DNA of 63,022 bases, counting the filler, from Octopus bimaculoides (lineage: Eukaryota): assembly GCF_001194135.2 (NCBI RefSeq). It is 10 parts of 10 records of this genome, joined end to end, with 100 filler letters (N's around TTAATTAATTAA, not from the genome) between each part and the next. Parts side by side here need not be neighbours in the genome. Positions count along the whole stretch, not along the records: positions 22,981 to 44,392 come from NC_068985.1; positions 44,493 to 48,871 come from NC_068981.1; positions 48,972 to 50,192 come from NW_026365867.1; positions 50,293 to 51,458 come from NC_069006.1; positions 51,559 to 52,752 come from NW_026413380.1; positions 52,853 to 54,332 come from NC_068983.1; 4 more parts are not named here. One strand, written 5' to 3'. The position numbers and the translations under genes were made by a program. The notes beneath the pieces are model-generated. The model was not told the origin of the DNA and did no database searches. It saw only the letters and a program-made list of their open reading frames with translations. Positions 41,744 through 52,981 of the stretch are shown one piece after another (the stretch's first letter is position 1; each line of letters begins with the position of its first letter).

Positions 41744-42843
41744 GACAACAACAGTAGCAGTAGCCGCAGTGGCAGCACAACACCAATATCAATAATAATA
41801 ATGAAAAAGTACGATGGCCGAGAAGAACATCTAAAAAGGATTCTTGTCTGTAATTGTCACATATAATAGATTATGGCATTTTTCAGGAAACAGCCGGAAG
41901 GGGATTACGCTGGTTCTTACTTCTTGCAATTTTTCATTGGGCCGACCGGCCTGGCATGATGGCCTCAACCTCCCTATCTTTTCTACCACACACGTTCCCT
42001 CTTTTTTTTATTTCCTCTTCTTCTACTTTTACCACCTCTCCTTTTCTCAAACAGTTTGCTCTATTTCGTTTGCCTTACACAACAGATTTTTCAGTATGGT
42101 GAGAGCTTTATTATTATTACTGTTTTTTTCTTCTTTTTTTTTTTTACATCGGTTTTTCGTGTTAGCAAAGCTAATACAGAGATATGCTTTTAAATTTCGT
42201 TTAATTCCATTTCCCTTTTGCTGTTACTGCTTCATATTGGACAGGGTCAAAGAGTTATAGTGCTATATTAGAGGATGACTAGACTTTTACGTTTTATGGT
42301 CAATTATTACAGGGTGTCGCCATTAGGCATTGCACAATTTGCATCGTGCATTCTGCCGTTAATGAAACTGGAAAGGCAATACCACACAAATCTGCTAGAC
42401 GGGACCAGGAAAGAGAGGACAAGAGCAAGGACATCTACATGACAGGACAATGTATAACAGGGGTCAGGGCATGGCATGGCACTCCTGGGCAAACTCTATA
42501 CAGGATGGATGGAAGCTGTCCCCAAAACTAATAACGGTAATGGCAGCAAAAGCAACATTCCCATAACTAGCCACCGAATAAAGGACCGCTTTAAGTGCGA
42601 GAAATAGCAGGATCTACCTCAAGCAAACCCTCATAGCTTTAACAATTAAAAAAGGGACACATTGGATAAAGTGGTCTTTGTACATTGTTCATGAAAGAAA
42701 ATAGATGGAACGTTCATGGTTGGAAATAAGCAACTCAACAGGGCAAATTATAACATTTGTTTAAATTAAAATAAAGATATTTGTTTATAATCTACCTAAA
42801 GAAATAAAGGAGAAAATTTTAGTTCTAATACATGAAATATGGT

Positions 42844-42952
42844 TAAGGTGGCTAGCTGGCAGAGTCGTTAGCACCCCGGGGAAAATGCTTAGAAGCATTC
42901 GTCCGTCTTTAAGTTCTGAGTTCAAATTCCGCCGAGGTCGACTTTGCCTTTC
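42844..42952 (+). mobile_element. SINE family A, 3'-truncated next to the RLE element
   Basis: agctggcagagtcgttagcaccccggggaaaatgcttag...ttctgagttcaaattccgccgaggtcgactttgccttt. Confidence 0.85.
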
Positions 42953-42959
42953 CGAAAGT

Positions 42960-43981
42960 ACTGTCTACCTGATGACCTTCCATACAACCCCAAATCAGTC
43001 GGACAAGTATACCTCAAAGAAGAATGGACGTGAAATGCCTAGCATACAAAAAAAAAAAAAGAAAAAGAGAAGTAAAAGGAACCATACATGGGTATGTTTC
43101 TCGTAGACTTGAAGAAGATAGTAACATTAGAATGAACCTAAGCTTTTCTTAGACTCGTGACTACTACATTACATCACACTTCGAAGGCGATGTACTTTCA
43201 ATCCGAGAACAGGAGATTGCTAAAAGATAGCTAATCAAAAAAAAAAAAAATGAAACAGTGAATCCCTTGGATTTTCAAGATGCAGCCGTAAATGTAAATT
43301 ATGTCATATTTCTTTGGAAGATATCACACATGGGATTAGCAACTGCTCAAAAATATCGAGGTACTACTCCTTATGCGACATGACGTTATTGCAAAACAAT
43401 ATACAATGCTATTCGGATAAAAGACTGTCCTGGAATAAATATAGAGAATCTCTTTGCTATTGAATATGTACACAAATATCAGCACAAGGAATACTGGTGG
43501 AATATTGCCATCAAAACATCTGTCAAGTGTAAACATAACAAGACGGATATTATAGTTTGGGATAGACAAGAAAAAGTATGTGCCCACATAGAGATCATCT
43601 ATCCTGCTGATGTGTGAATATCTCTTTGAAAATTAAAGAGAAAAAGGTAAATTATGGCAACTGGTTCGAAACCTCCGGCTTCTGTATCCGGATTACAAAT
43701 TTACATTTAAACCAATAATAATTGGAGCAATTCATTTGGAAATAAATGACTAATTGTCAGTTTAGGTAAACTTGGATTTTCAGAAAAAGAAATCAACCAC
43801 CTGATTCGCACATTAGAAATACAGTCTGTAAGTGGCACAGTAAAATTATGCAAGACATTTCTCAGGTATAAAACGTGACGTTGCTTTCGTTATCTACATT
43901 CAAAAGATGGAGTTTCGTGCCTTTGATAGAAACCAGCTCCTTTTTCAGAGGCAGAATTTAAATGATCAAATACAGAAGAGA
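42960..43981 (+). mobile_element. RLE-type (R2/R4/NeSL-like) non-LTR retrotransposon, 3' fragment, pseudogenised
   Basis: Frameshifted translation: HGYVSRRLEED...YITSHFEG..IREQEIA...KCKLCH..EDITHGISNC (CCHC finger)...MRHDVIA...KEYWWNIAIKTSVKCKHNKTDIIVWDR (PD-(D/E)xK-like)...RNLRLLYPDYKFTFKPIIIGA...GTVKLCKTFLRYKT* with the stop at 43876-43878. A ~100-nt 3'UTR follows and runs into (CATA)n. Confidence 0.85.
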
Positions 43982-44231
43982 CATACATACATGCATACAT
44001 ACATACATACACACATACATACATTCTTAATACATATTTACATACATGCATACATTTACGTAACTAAGTTGTGGGTACTTATTTTATCGATCCCGAAAGA
44101 ATGAAAGGCAAAGTCGACATCAGCGGAATTTGATGTTAGATACGTTTATATATTTACTCTCTCCGGATTATACATGCTATCTCACAAACTTAACATTTTC
44201 TCCGCCGAATTAACTCTATCTATTTATCTAA

Positions 44232-44285
<54 letters not shown>

Positions 44286-44348
44286 CCCTCTTTCTCTCTC
44301 GCTATATATATGTATGTATGTGTATATATATGTATGTGTATATATGTT

Positions 44349-44392
<44 letters not shown>

Positions 44393-44760
44393 NNNNNNNN
44401 NNNNNNNNNNNNNNNNNNNNNNNNNNNNNNNNNNNNTTAATTAATTAANNNNNNNNNNNNNNNNNNNNNNNNNNNNNNNNNNNNNNNNNNNNTACATCCT
44501 CGCCAGAAATAGGGAAAGAGGGCGGCTTATAAATGCCAAAACCTACCCTGGCAAAGAATGTACCCCACAACATAGATTAGTAGTTAGCGACTTTGGGATC
44601 AAGGCAAAATGGGTGCCCAGAATTAGACCGGCTTGGAGGAGAAGGGTGTGGAAGCTTAAAGACCTTGTAAATGGACAGAGACTTAGAGACAAGTTACTTG
44701 AAGCATTTAACGAAATAGAAGGGGATATAGCATCATACAATGTGGAAGACAATTGAAGAT

Positions 44761-45440
44761 TAGTTATAATTTATAGTAAATTACAATATAAGATTAGGTC
44801 TTAAGGTAGGCCACATTAGTGTATAATTTACCAATAGCAGTTGTGGTCTTTACTAAAACTCTTAGTGACAATTGAGTATTGAGTTCCATTGTAATAGAGA
44901 ATTGACTATAATCTATAGTACATTGTAGTATAATAATAATAATATAATATTAAATATTAAGGCAGGCCATATTAAAATATAAAAGTTACAAATAGCGGCT
45001 GTGGTTTTGCCATAAACTTCTAGGGGCAATATAGTATTGATTCCATTATAATGGAGAGTTATTTATAACTTATAGTACATTATAGTGTAATACTAGATCT
45101 TAAGGCAGGCCATATAAATGTATAACTTAAGAATAGCAATTGTGGGTTTTGCATAAGCTCCTAGAGGTATGATAACACACTATAGATCTCCATTATAATG
45201 GAATATAATTTATAATTTATAGTGCATTATAGTATAATATTAGGCCCTAAAGCAGGCCATATTAATATATAACTTACATATAGCAGCCGTGGTTTTTGCA
45301 AAAGCTCCCAGAGATAATAATTCCTATTGTATTTGAGGGTTATTTATAATTTATATTTTATAATACAGTGTAGTATAATATTAGGTCTTAAGACAGGCAT
45401 ATCAATGTACAATTTACCAATAGCAATTGTGGGCTTTACA
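44761..45440. repeat. Degenerate ~143-bp tandem array (~4.7 copies)
   Basis: The anchor motif (tt)aaggcaggcca recurs at ~44808, 44964, 45107, 45254 and 45395 (spacing 141-156). The motifs aatagc..tgtgg and tatagtacattatagt recur between the anchors. Confidence 0.8.
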
Positions 45441-46461
45441 ATATCTCATAGGATAATTTAATTTCTATTAGAATAGATGTTTGGTTAAAAATTGTGAACA
45501 TTTCCCATAATATTGCAAGGGGTTGCCTCCCCTTAATCGACTTTCGTTTAGGAAGGGACAAATTTAATGAGTCATTTAACGACAAATTTAAATATGGACG
45601 AAACCTAGAAATGTGGTATTGATCTCCTATTTTCAACTTTTGTTTGATTTTTGTTTGTTCTCAAATGTATTCCCTGAAGACGTGTAAGGCAACTTAAATT
45701 TGACGGTCAAATATAGCTTTATACAGAAATGTTGACATAGGAATAAATTACAATGATAATGGATATTAGCGTCAAATCTCTCTCTTAAATTTAAATTTAA
45801 AACTTTGGATATGTATATATATATATATATATATATNNNNNNNNNNNNNNNNNNNNNNNNNNNNNNNNNNNNNNNNNNNNNNNNNNNNNNNNNNNNNNNN
45901 NNNNNNNNNNNNNNNNNNNNNNNNNNNNNNNNNNNNNNNNNNNNNNNNNNNNNNNNNNNNNNNNNNNNNNNNNNNTGGAGGTTTCTGTGGGACAACCTCC
46001 TGAAGGCCACTCACCAGATCTGTGGATGGTGCATAGTCCCCTCTTGACCCAAAATAGCGTGGTGGTGGGACAATGTTGTTGACAGGGTTATTAGACAAAA
46101 GAAACAGGCTTGGAAAGACTGGAAGAATGGTGGTAGCAGGGAATTGTATCAGACTGCTAGAAGGGAAGCTAGGAGACAGGTTTATCTAACCAGAGGGGAA
46201 GCAGATAAGAAAAAATTTGCCAATGTTCTGCGCCGTGAGGACCAAAGACTTGAGGTATTTCGTGTTGCAAGTCAGTGTGTGAGAGAGAATCATGATGTTG
46301 TTGGAGAGAAATGTGTCCACATAGATGATGGTTCACTTGCACTAAACATGGCTGCAAAGAGAGAGGTTTGGTGATGCCACCATGAAAGTTTGCTCAATAA
46401 AGAGAATGAATGAGAGAAAGTCAACCCAACAGACGGACCAGCTATCCGAGTTGACAGTACC

Positions 46462-47316
46462 ATGGTAGATAAAGCAATTAAGAGTATGAAGACAGGGAAA
46501 GCCGCCGGCCCATCAGGAATCACTGCAGAGATGCTCAAAATATCTGGCAGTGTCGGCTATAGCCTAGTCACCCGTATAGTTAACCAGGTTATACACGAAG
46601 GAGTCATACCTAATGGCTGTTGTAGCAGCACCATAGTCAACTGCTACAAAGGTGAAGGTGATGCTTTAGATACAAGTAATTACAGAGGTATCAAGTTGTT
46701 GGATCAGGTAATGAAAGTTACAGAGAGGGTCATAGCTCAACTAATTAGGGAGAGAGTCAGTTTAGATGAGATGAAGTTTGGGTTTGTGCCAGGGAAAAGC
46801 ACCACTTATGCTATATTTCTGATAAGACAGCTGCAGGAGAAATACCTAGCCAAAGATAAACCTCTGTACCTGGCTTTTGTTGACATGGCGAAAGCCTTTG
46901 ACACGGTCCCCCGTTCTCTTTTCTGGTGGTCAATGAGGAAACTAAGGATAGATGAATGGATAGTTAGAGCTGTGCGAGCCATGTACAGGGATGCTGTCAG
47001 TAAGGTGAGGGTTGGCAATGAGTACAGTGAAGAATTCCAGGTAGAGGTAGGGGTCCACCAAGGTTCAGTTCCCAGCCCCCTTTTATTTATCATAGTCCTC
47101 CAGGCAATAACAGAGGAATTCAAGACAGGATGCTCCTGGGAGCTCCTCTGTGCTGATGACCTTGCACAAGTTGCTGAGTCACTATCAGAACTAGAGGGGA
47201 AGCTTCAGGTGTGGAAGCAAGGACTAGAATCGAAGGGCCTTAGAGTCAACCTAGCTAAAACCAAAGTCCTAATAAGTAGGAAGGTAAACAAAATGCAAAC
47301 CCCTTCAGGTAGATAG
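46462..47316 (+). pseudogene. Reverse transcriptase domain of the RTE LINE (longest intact stretch, 284 aa)
   Basis: ORF motifs KAAGPSGI, YRGIKLLDQVMKV, FGFVPGKSTT, FVDMAKAFDTVPR, VGVHQGSVPSPLLFII and LCADD (YADD mutated to CADD). Stop codons flank it on both sides. Confidence 0.93.
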
Positions 47317-48646
47317 CCCTGCTCGATCTGTAGAAAAGGCGTAGGTAGAAACTCTATAAGATGTACCTAGTATAAGCTATGGACACATAAGAGATGCAGC
47401 AATATCAAAGGAATGCTAACTAGAAGTCGTTGATTGCTTCCATTACCTATGTGACCAAGTCAGTAGTGGGGGCAGGTGCTCTGAAAGTGTAGCTGCTAGA
47501 ATAAGAATAGCCTGGGCAAAGTTCAGAGAGCTCTTACCTCTGCTGGTGACAAAGGGCCTCTTGCTCAGAGTAAAAGGTAGACTGTTTGACGCATGTGTAC
47601 GAACAGCCATGCTACATGGCAGTGAAACATGGGCCATGACTGCTGAGGACATGCGAAAAAGTGCCACACCCTAGCAGTTGAGGGAACCTGTGGAAGAGGT
47701 AGACCCAGGAAGACCTGGGATGAGGTGGTGAAGCACTATCTTCGAACATTAGTCCTCTCTGAGGCAATGACTAGTGATTGAGACCTTTGGAAATATGCTG
47801 TGCTTGAGAAAACCCGTCAAGCCAAGTGAGACCATAATCTATGGCCTCTGCCAGAAGTGTAGCCAGCCCACTGATGCATACCTTTCCTTCATTGGACACT
47901 AAACTCTGCTTGCGAAGACCTGTTGAGGCGAGTGAAATTGAAATTGTAATTGAACCAAATTCGATGACTGGCACCTGTGCCAGTCTAATGCTAACAGCTC
48001 TATCTGAGCATGATCATTGCCAGAGTAGCTGTCTAGCTTCCGTGCCAGTAGGACATGAATAGCACTATTTGAGCATGATCGTTACTAGTAACACCCTACT
48101 GGCACTTGAAAAAAACATTCGAGCGAGGTCGCTCCCAGTGCCGCTGGTCCGACTGCTATGCAGGTGGCACATAAAAAACACCATTTTGAGTGTGGCCATT
48201 GCCAGTACTGCCTGACTGGCCCTCGTGCTGGTGGTACGTAAAAGCACCCACTACACTCTCGGAGTGGTTGGCGTTAGGAAAGGCATTCAGCTGTAGAAAC
48301 TCTGCCAGATCAGATTGGAGCCTGGTTCAGCCATCTGGTTTGCCAATCCCCAGTCAAATCGTCCAACCCATGCTAGCATGGAAAGCAGACGTTAAACGAT
48401 GATGATGATGAATACACAAACTTTTATATATTTTCATATAAACATATGATATGTTTATTTCTCCATTATTCTTTCCTTTATGGAGTAGATGAAATGCTGC
48501 GGGAAGTGGAGAGGGGTTATTTTTGTTCATTCACGTAATCTAATTCGTCATCTATTGTTTTGAAAGGCCTTGACATTGTTATGGTTGGTTTATTGATAAT
48601 TGATAAAATAAAACAAATTAGGCAAAAATGTGTGTGCGGGTATATA

Positions 48647-48871
48647 TCTATATATATAAAAATGAGAATGTGTGTCTGTCTGTCTGTCTGTGTGAATTCC
48701 TAAAACTCGAGAACTACGCAACCAATTTCATTCAAATTTTACACATGCCTTACTTAGGGTTCCAGTTGTGTTTTAATCAAAAAAAATGTTAACTTCTTCC
48801 AGAGTTCGAGCCCACAGCAACATAATATCTCCTCCACTATTTAAGTATTACGTGTCAAAAGTGAAACAAAA
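48647..48871 (+). mobile_element. Helitron-like non-autonomous element, 5' end (3' end lost in gap)
   Basis: Begins A|TCTATATATATAAA, then a (GTCT)n tract and aactacgcaaccaatttcattcaaattttacaca. This is the layout of the 5' ends of small animal Helitrons. No CTRR 3' end is visible. Confidence 0.55.
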
Positions 48872-49030
48872 NNNNNNNNNNNNNNNNNNNNNNNNNNNNN
48901 NNNNNNNNNNNNNNNTTAATTAATTAANNNNNNNNNNNNNNNNNNNNNNNNNNNNNNNNNNNNNNNNNNNNGGTAAGCAAGCTACTTACCACACAGCCAC
49001 TCCTGCGCCTATAATAATAATGATAATAAT

Positions 49031-49195
49031 TTTTGACCAGATCCTCAGGAAAGCCAGGAACCTTGTAGATTGCTACTAGATTAAAAAATTTGTGCTGACA
49101 TCAACTGCTCACCTCAGGAAGTTTCTCTCCATTTAATACATAGATGTCTTAGGTCTTTAGTTGAGACCCTGCTGGAAGATGAAATAAAATGGAAA
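49031..49195 (+). mobile_element. R4/Dong-like RLE retrotransposon extreme 3' fragment
   Basis: 49080-49136 translates IKKFVLTSTAHLRKFLSI*, resembling the R4-clade C-terminus (QKxVLLGTAHILRKVL). It is preceded by a (TAA)n-like tract. Confidence 0.55.
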
Positions 49196-49210
49196 TCAAG
49201 CATAAAATTT

Positions 49211-49745
49211 TTAAAATGATGATGATTTCTTTTCTTTTGCCACCAGGGCGAAGGATGAGGGGAACAATACAAAGACAGACATAAAGTGTGGGCATTTACA
49301 TATAAGGAAAGGATTTAGAAAAATATAGCATACATGGTATACATTAAAAGAAGAGACGTATACATAGTATATGACAGTAAGAGAATTAAAAGAAAAAGGT
49401 GATAGTGATGGGGTCCTCCTCATACAGAAGGACATCTATGGATAATCAAGAAACCCCATTCAAGATGTCCCTTACTACCAAGGGCAAGTGCCCTCTCCAA
49501 CCAGACTACCAGCAACAAACACCAAACTTTTCACTAACACCTTGGCCAAAATCTTAAACTCTGTGTTCTGCCATATAAAAGCTTTCCAACAAGTATGCAT
49601 GGAGAGGAATTTTCCACACGTAGATCCATGCTCTCACAAGCCCAATTGGTGGCAGCTCTGCTTTGTGGTAGACTTCCAAATTGGAAACACATAAAAAAAG
49701 AAGTTGATAGTGATGGGGTCCTCCTCATACAGGAGGACATCTAGT
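49211..49745 (-). mobile_element. L1/Tx1-like LINE derivative: RT N-terminal piece fused to the 3'UTR
   Basis: Minus strand reads NTEFKILAKVLVKSLVFVAGSLVGE (L1-type RT), followed directly by 3'UTR gagagggcac...gattatccataga and an (ATC)n tail. Confidence 0.65.
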
Positions 49746-49750
49746 GTTCC

Positions 49751-49869
49751 ACCAAAGTCAGCCTTGGTAGAATTTGAACTCAGAACATGAAGACGGACGA
49801 AATGCTGCTAAGCATTTTTTTCCGGGGGTGCTAACGATTCTGCTAACGATTCTGCCAGCTTGCTACCTT
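49751..49869 (-). mobile_element. SINE family A, 5' half, in the intron just upstream of the TERT exon
   Basis: gaatttgaactcagaacatgaagacggacgaaatgctgctaagcat...gctaacgattctgccagcttgctacc. Confidence 0.8.
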
Positions 49870-49913
49870 TCTCAATAATGATTCGTTAAATTGTTGGTGT
49901 TTATTTCTTGCAG

Positions 49914-50007
49914 GTTTTTATATTTTGTTAAAGTGGATATAAAAAAGTGTTACGACTCTATGAAACATGATGTTTTGATGGAGATAATTACAGATGCCTT
50001 GAAGCAG
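49914..50007 (+). CDS. TERT: Single internal exon of telomerase reverse transcriptase (RT motif A region)
   Basis: Acceptor gtttatttcttgcAG ends at 49913 and donor GTgagt starts at 50008. The exon is 1 nt plus 31 codons with no stop: FLYFVKVDIKKCYDSMKHDVLMEIITDALKQ. It aligns by eye to human TERT [30 protein letters not shown]; the catalytic Asp codon GAT is at 49936-49938. It is too short for the ORF track, and no other TERT exon was recognised. Confidence 0.8.
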
Positions 50008-50336
50008 GTGAGTTATGTGCAGGTATGCGTTTTAGCATGGGAGTGTGTGATAGTGTGGTAGTATGCACATATATGTGTATTTAGTAATAAACTCTAACAA
50101 AGGACCTAATATTAACTTAATAGATTATATACTAACACACACATGCATATAAAGCTGCTGATTGGTTGCAACTCAGTAAGAAATAAGGCGGTNNNNNNNN
50201 NNNNNNNNNNNNNNNNNNNNNNNNNNNNNNNNNNNNTTAATTAATTAANNNNNNNNNNNNNNNNNNNNNNNNNNNNNNNNNNNNNNNNNNNNTATATATA
50301 TATATATATATACATGCACACACACACACACACACA

Positions 50337-50375
<39 letters not shown>

Positions 50376-51132
50376 GTGTAATCCACAGTTAATCTTTCCC
50401 CGTATGCACGATTTTTTTCCTGATTTCCTTCGTCTACCTAATTATCCTACCTCTCCGACATAATTTCTAGAAATATGGATTTGTCTGTCTACCCATCTAA
50501 CTGTTTATCTACCTTGAAACATACACCTCCCTACCACCGCACATACCCAAATACAATCCCCCCCACATACGCACACACACGCACATATATATATATATGC
50601 ATACACATACTAAGACACACATGCACATATCTTTATATCATATAAGTACAACTACATATGTATGCATTTGTTTACGTATTTCTGTATACCCGTGTGTCTG
50701 TGTATATATGTATATATATGCTGTTTTACATGTGCGTACTCTTGGATGATTGTATGTGTGTGTGATACAACGAGATGGAGATTAAATGTGTTGCAGTTTA
50801 AAGAAATAAAATGTGACTTCTCTTCTGTGTTCGTCTTCGGGTTTGATGGATGAATGGATCCTGCAGGCAGGCATCAATAAACGTATTGCGCTATGGGTGA
50901 CTACACTGACGCTCAACCATTTGTAATATATATACACGTGTATGTATGTATATATGTGAGTGGAAGTGTGTATGTTATACAATCAGCGATCATCTTTATA
51001 TTTGCGATTTTATGATATATGAATGCATGATTTTACGACATTATATTGATTGCGTATTTTCTTTTCTGTGATCACGATCTCACTCTATTCTATTTCTCTG
51101 TCCGCCTTTATATATATATATATATCACTTTC

Positions 51133-51181
<49 letters not shown>

Positions 51182-51734
51182 ATATCTTGTTCTTGTCTTC
51201 TCCATCTCTATGTCTGTCCGACTGTCTCTGTCTCTGTTCTGCTCATATGCTGTGGGTATCCATCCCACTCTGTATTGTCCTTTATGTTTCCACTTCTTTT
51301 TATTATTCTAAACAACCATGGTACCTGCCTTTGTCTCCGTATTGTCAAACCTCTACAATTCGCTGATATGTGTCCACAGAGATTGTGTGTGTGCATAAAT
51401 TCTCTTGGGACGTCATATAGATATATATATGTAAATGTATGTATATATATATATATATNNNNNNNNNNNNNNNNNNNNNNNNNNNNNNNNNNNNNNNNNN
51501 NNTTAATTAATTAANNNNNNNNNNNNNNNNNNNNNNNNNNNNNNNNNNNNNNNNNNNNGTATGTACGTGTGTATGTATGTGTGCATGTATGTATATCACA
51601 TGATTACCAGATCAACCAGACTATACATCACTGGTCACAATGCACTTTGCATTATCTTAGCTATCGAATGATGCAACCCAGTTGGCTAGATAAGCAGCCA
51701 GGCATTCTCCCTGATCAGAAAGGTTGTATGTCGA

Positions 51735-51875
51735 AGGGTTAACTATTTACAGCTGAGTGGACTGGGGCAATGGGAGATGAAGTGTTTCGCTCAAGAACAC
51801 AACACAGTCCAGGAATTGAAACCACAATTTAGAATTCATAAGTACAACATTGTAAATACTTGACCACGTGTCTTC
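51735..51875 (-). mobile_element. Diverged tRNA-derived SINE
   Basis: Minus strand: gaagacacgtggtcaag...gtggtttcaattcctggactgtgttgtgttcttgagcgaaacacttcatctc..tgccccagtccactcagctgtaaat. Confidence 0.65.
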
Positions 51876-52942
51876 ACACACACACACACATACACAAATA
51901 TATGCTATGTAGACTTTAAAAACGTGTGTATATGTGCACATATGCCATCAATGCAGACATATCACACATGCAATGGCATGCATCAGTGCACTCACATATG
52001 CATATAGACACATACATACATGACTACTTAATCGATGTGATGCTAACTAAGTTATAATGAAAGAGTATCATTCCTGGGCTAGAAGCCAGCTTTTTCTCCA
52101 TTTAAAAATAAAACCATCAGATAGAAAGAACACATATACATTTATACACACATACTCATACATTACATACATACTTATACATTATATAATATATACATGC
52201 ATATTACAAACATCAATCCATATTAAACTAATTACATATATATCCACATACATACATACACAAATANNNNNNNNNNCCATATTAAACTAATTACATATAT
52301 ATCCACATACATACATACACAAATATTACATAAGTATACACATAACACATACATATTACACGCATACATAATATATACATATATCCATTCAACCAGTGAT
52401 CTTATTCATCCATCCATACACATCTACATACATATGTACATAATGCATATATATACATATATACATAATATATACATACATATATACAAACATTCATGCA
52501 AACTTGTGTATACTTATGCTTAAGGAGATCATTGTATTTCAGAAACAAAACTCTCAAACAGACAAATGTAATGTTATTCAGAATTAATAAATTGAACACA
52601 GTTCCTGCTGTTTCGTAGATAATGGCGTTGGAATATAGAAAAGAAATCAGATGGAATCAATTAGAAAGGCTGCAAGAGGCTATCACATTACTATTGATAT
52701 AAGTGATGTGTATAAAAGCATAAAAGCAATATATATCAAATATATATATATANNNNNNNNNNNNNNNNNNNNNNNNNNNNNNNNNNNNNNNNNNNNTTAA
52801 TTAATTAANNNNNNNNNNNNNNNNNNNNNNNNNNNNNNNNNNNNNNNNNNNNTCAAAAATATCGAAGCAGTAACTTTCATAAATAAGGGTATAATTGTTG
52901 AAGACTCTTTCTGAACCCAGTCAACGACGGGTATTTCTGCTA

Positions 52943-52981
<39 letters not shown>

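Larger units (their letters stand above)
44493..48411 (+). mobile_element. RTE-clade LINE, 5' end in gap, interrupted at ~44759-45975, degenerate
   Basis: 44493-44758 encodes the endonuclease C-terminus/linker (YILARNRERGRLINAKTYPGKECTPQHRLVVSDF...NVEDN). The frame resumes at 45976 (WRFLWDNLLK...AWWWDNVV) and continues into the RT domain. It ends with GTCGRGRPRKTWDEVV, a 3'UTR and a (GAT)n tail at ~48398-48411. Several in-frame stops are present. Confidence 0.93.

Noticed and set aside
42346-42531. Unique G-rich stretch; one frame gives LLDGTRKERTRARTST*QDNV
   Set aside because: Possibly a very old RTE C-terminal remnant, but too degenerate to annotate, and not a supportable host exon.
52217-52326. 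50-bp direct duplication either side of a 10-N gap
   Set aside because: Typical unmerged contig-overlap artefact.
52650-52740. Frame reading GYHITIDISDVYKSIK, resembling an RT motif A
   Set aside because: An in-frame stop lies just upstream, there is no good acceptor or donor, and the resemblance is probably chance.
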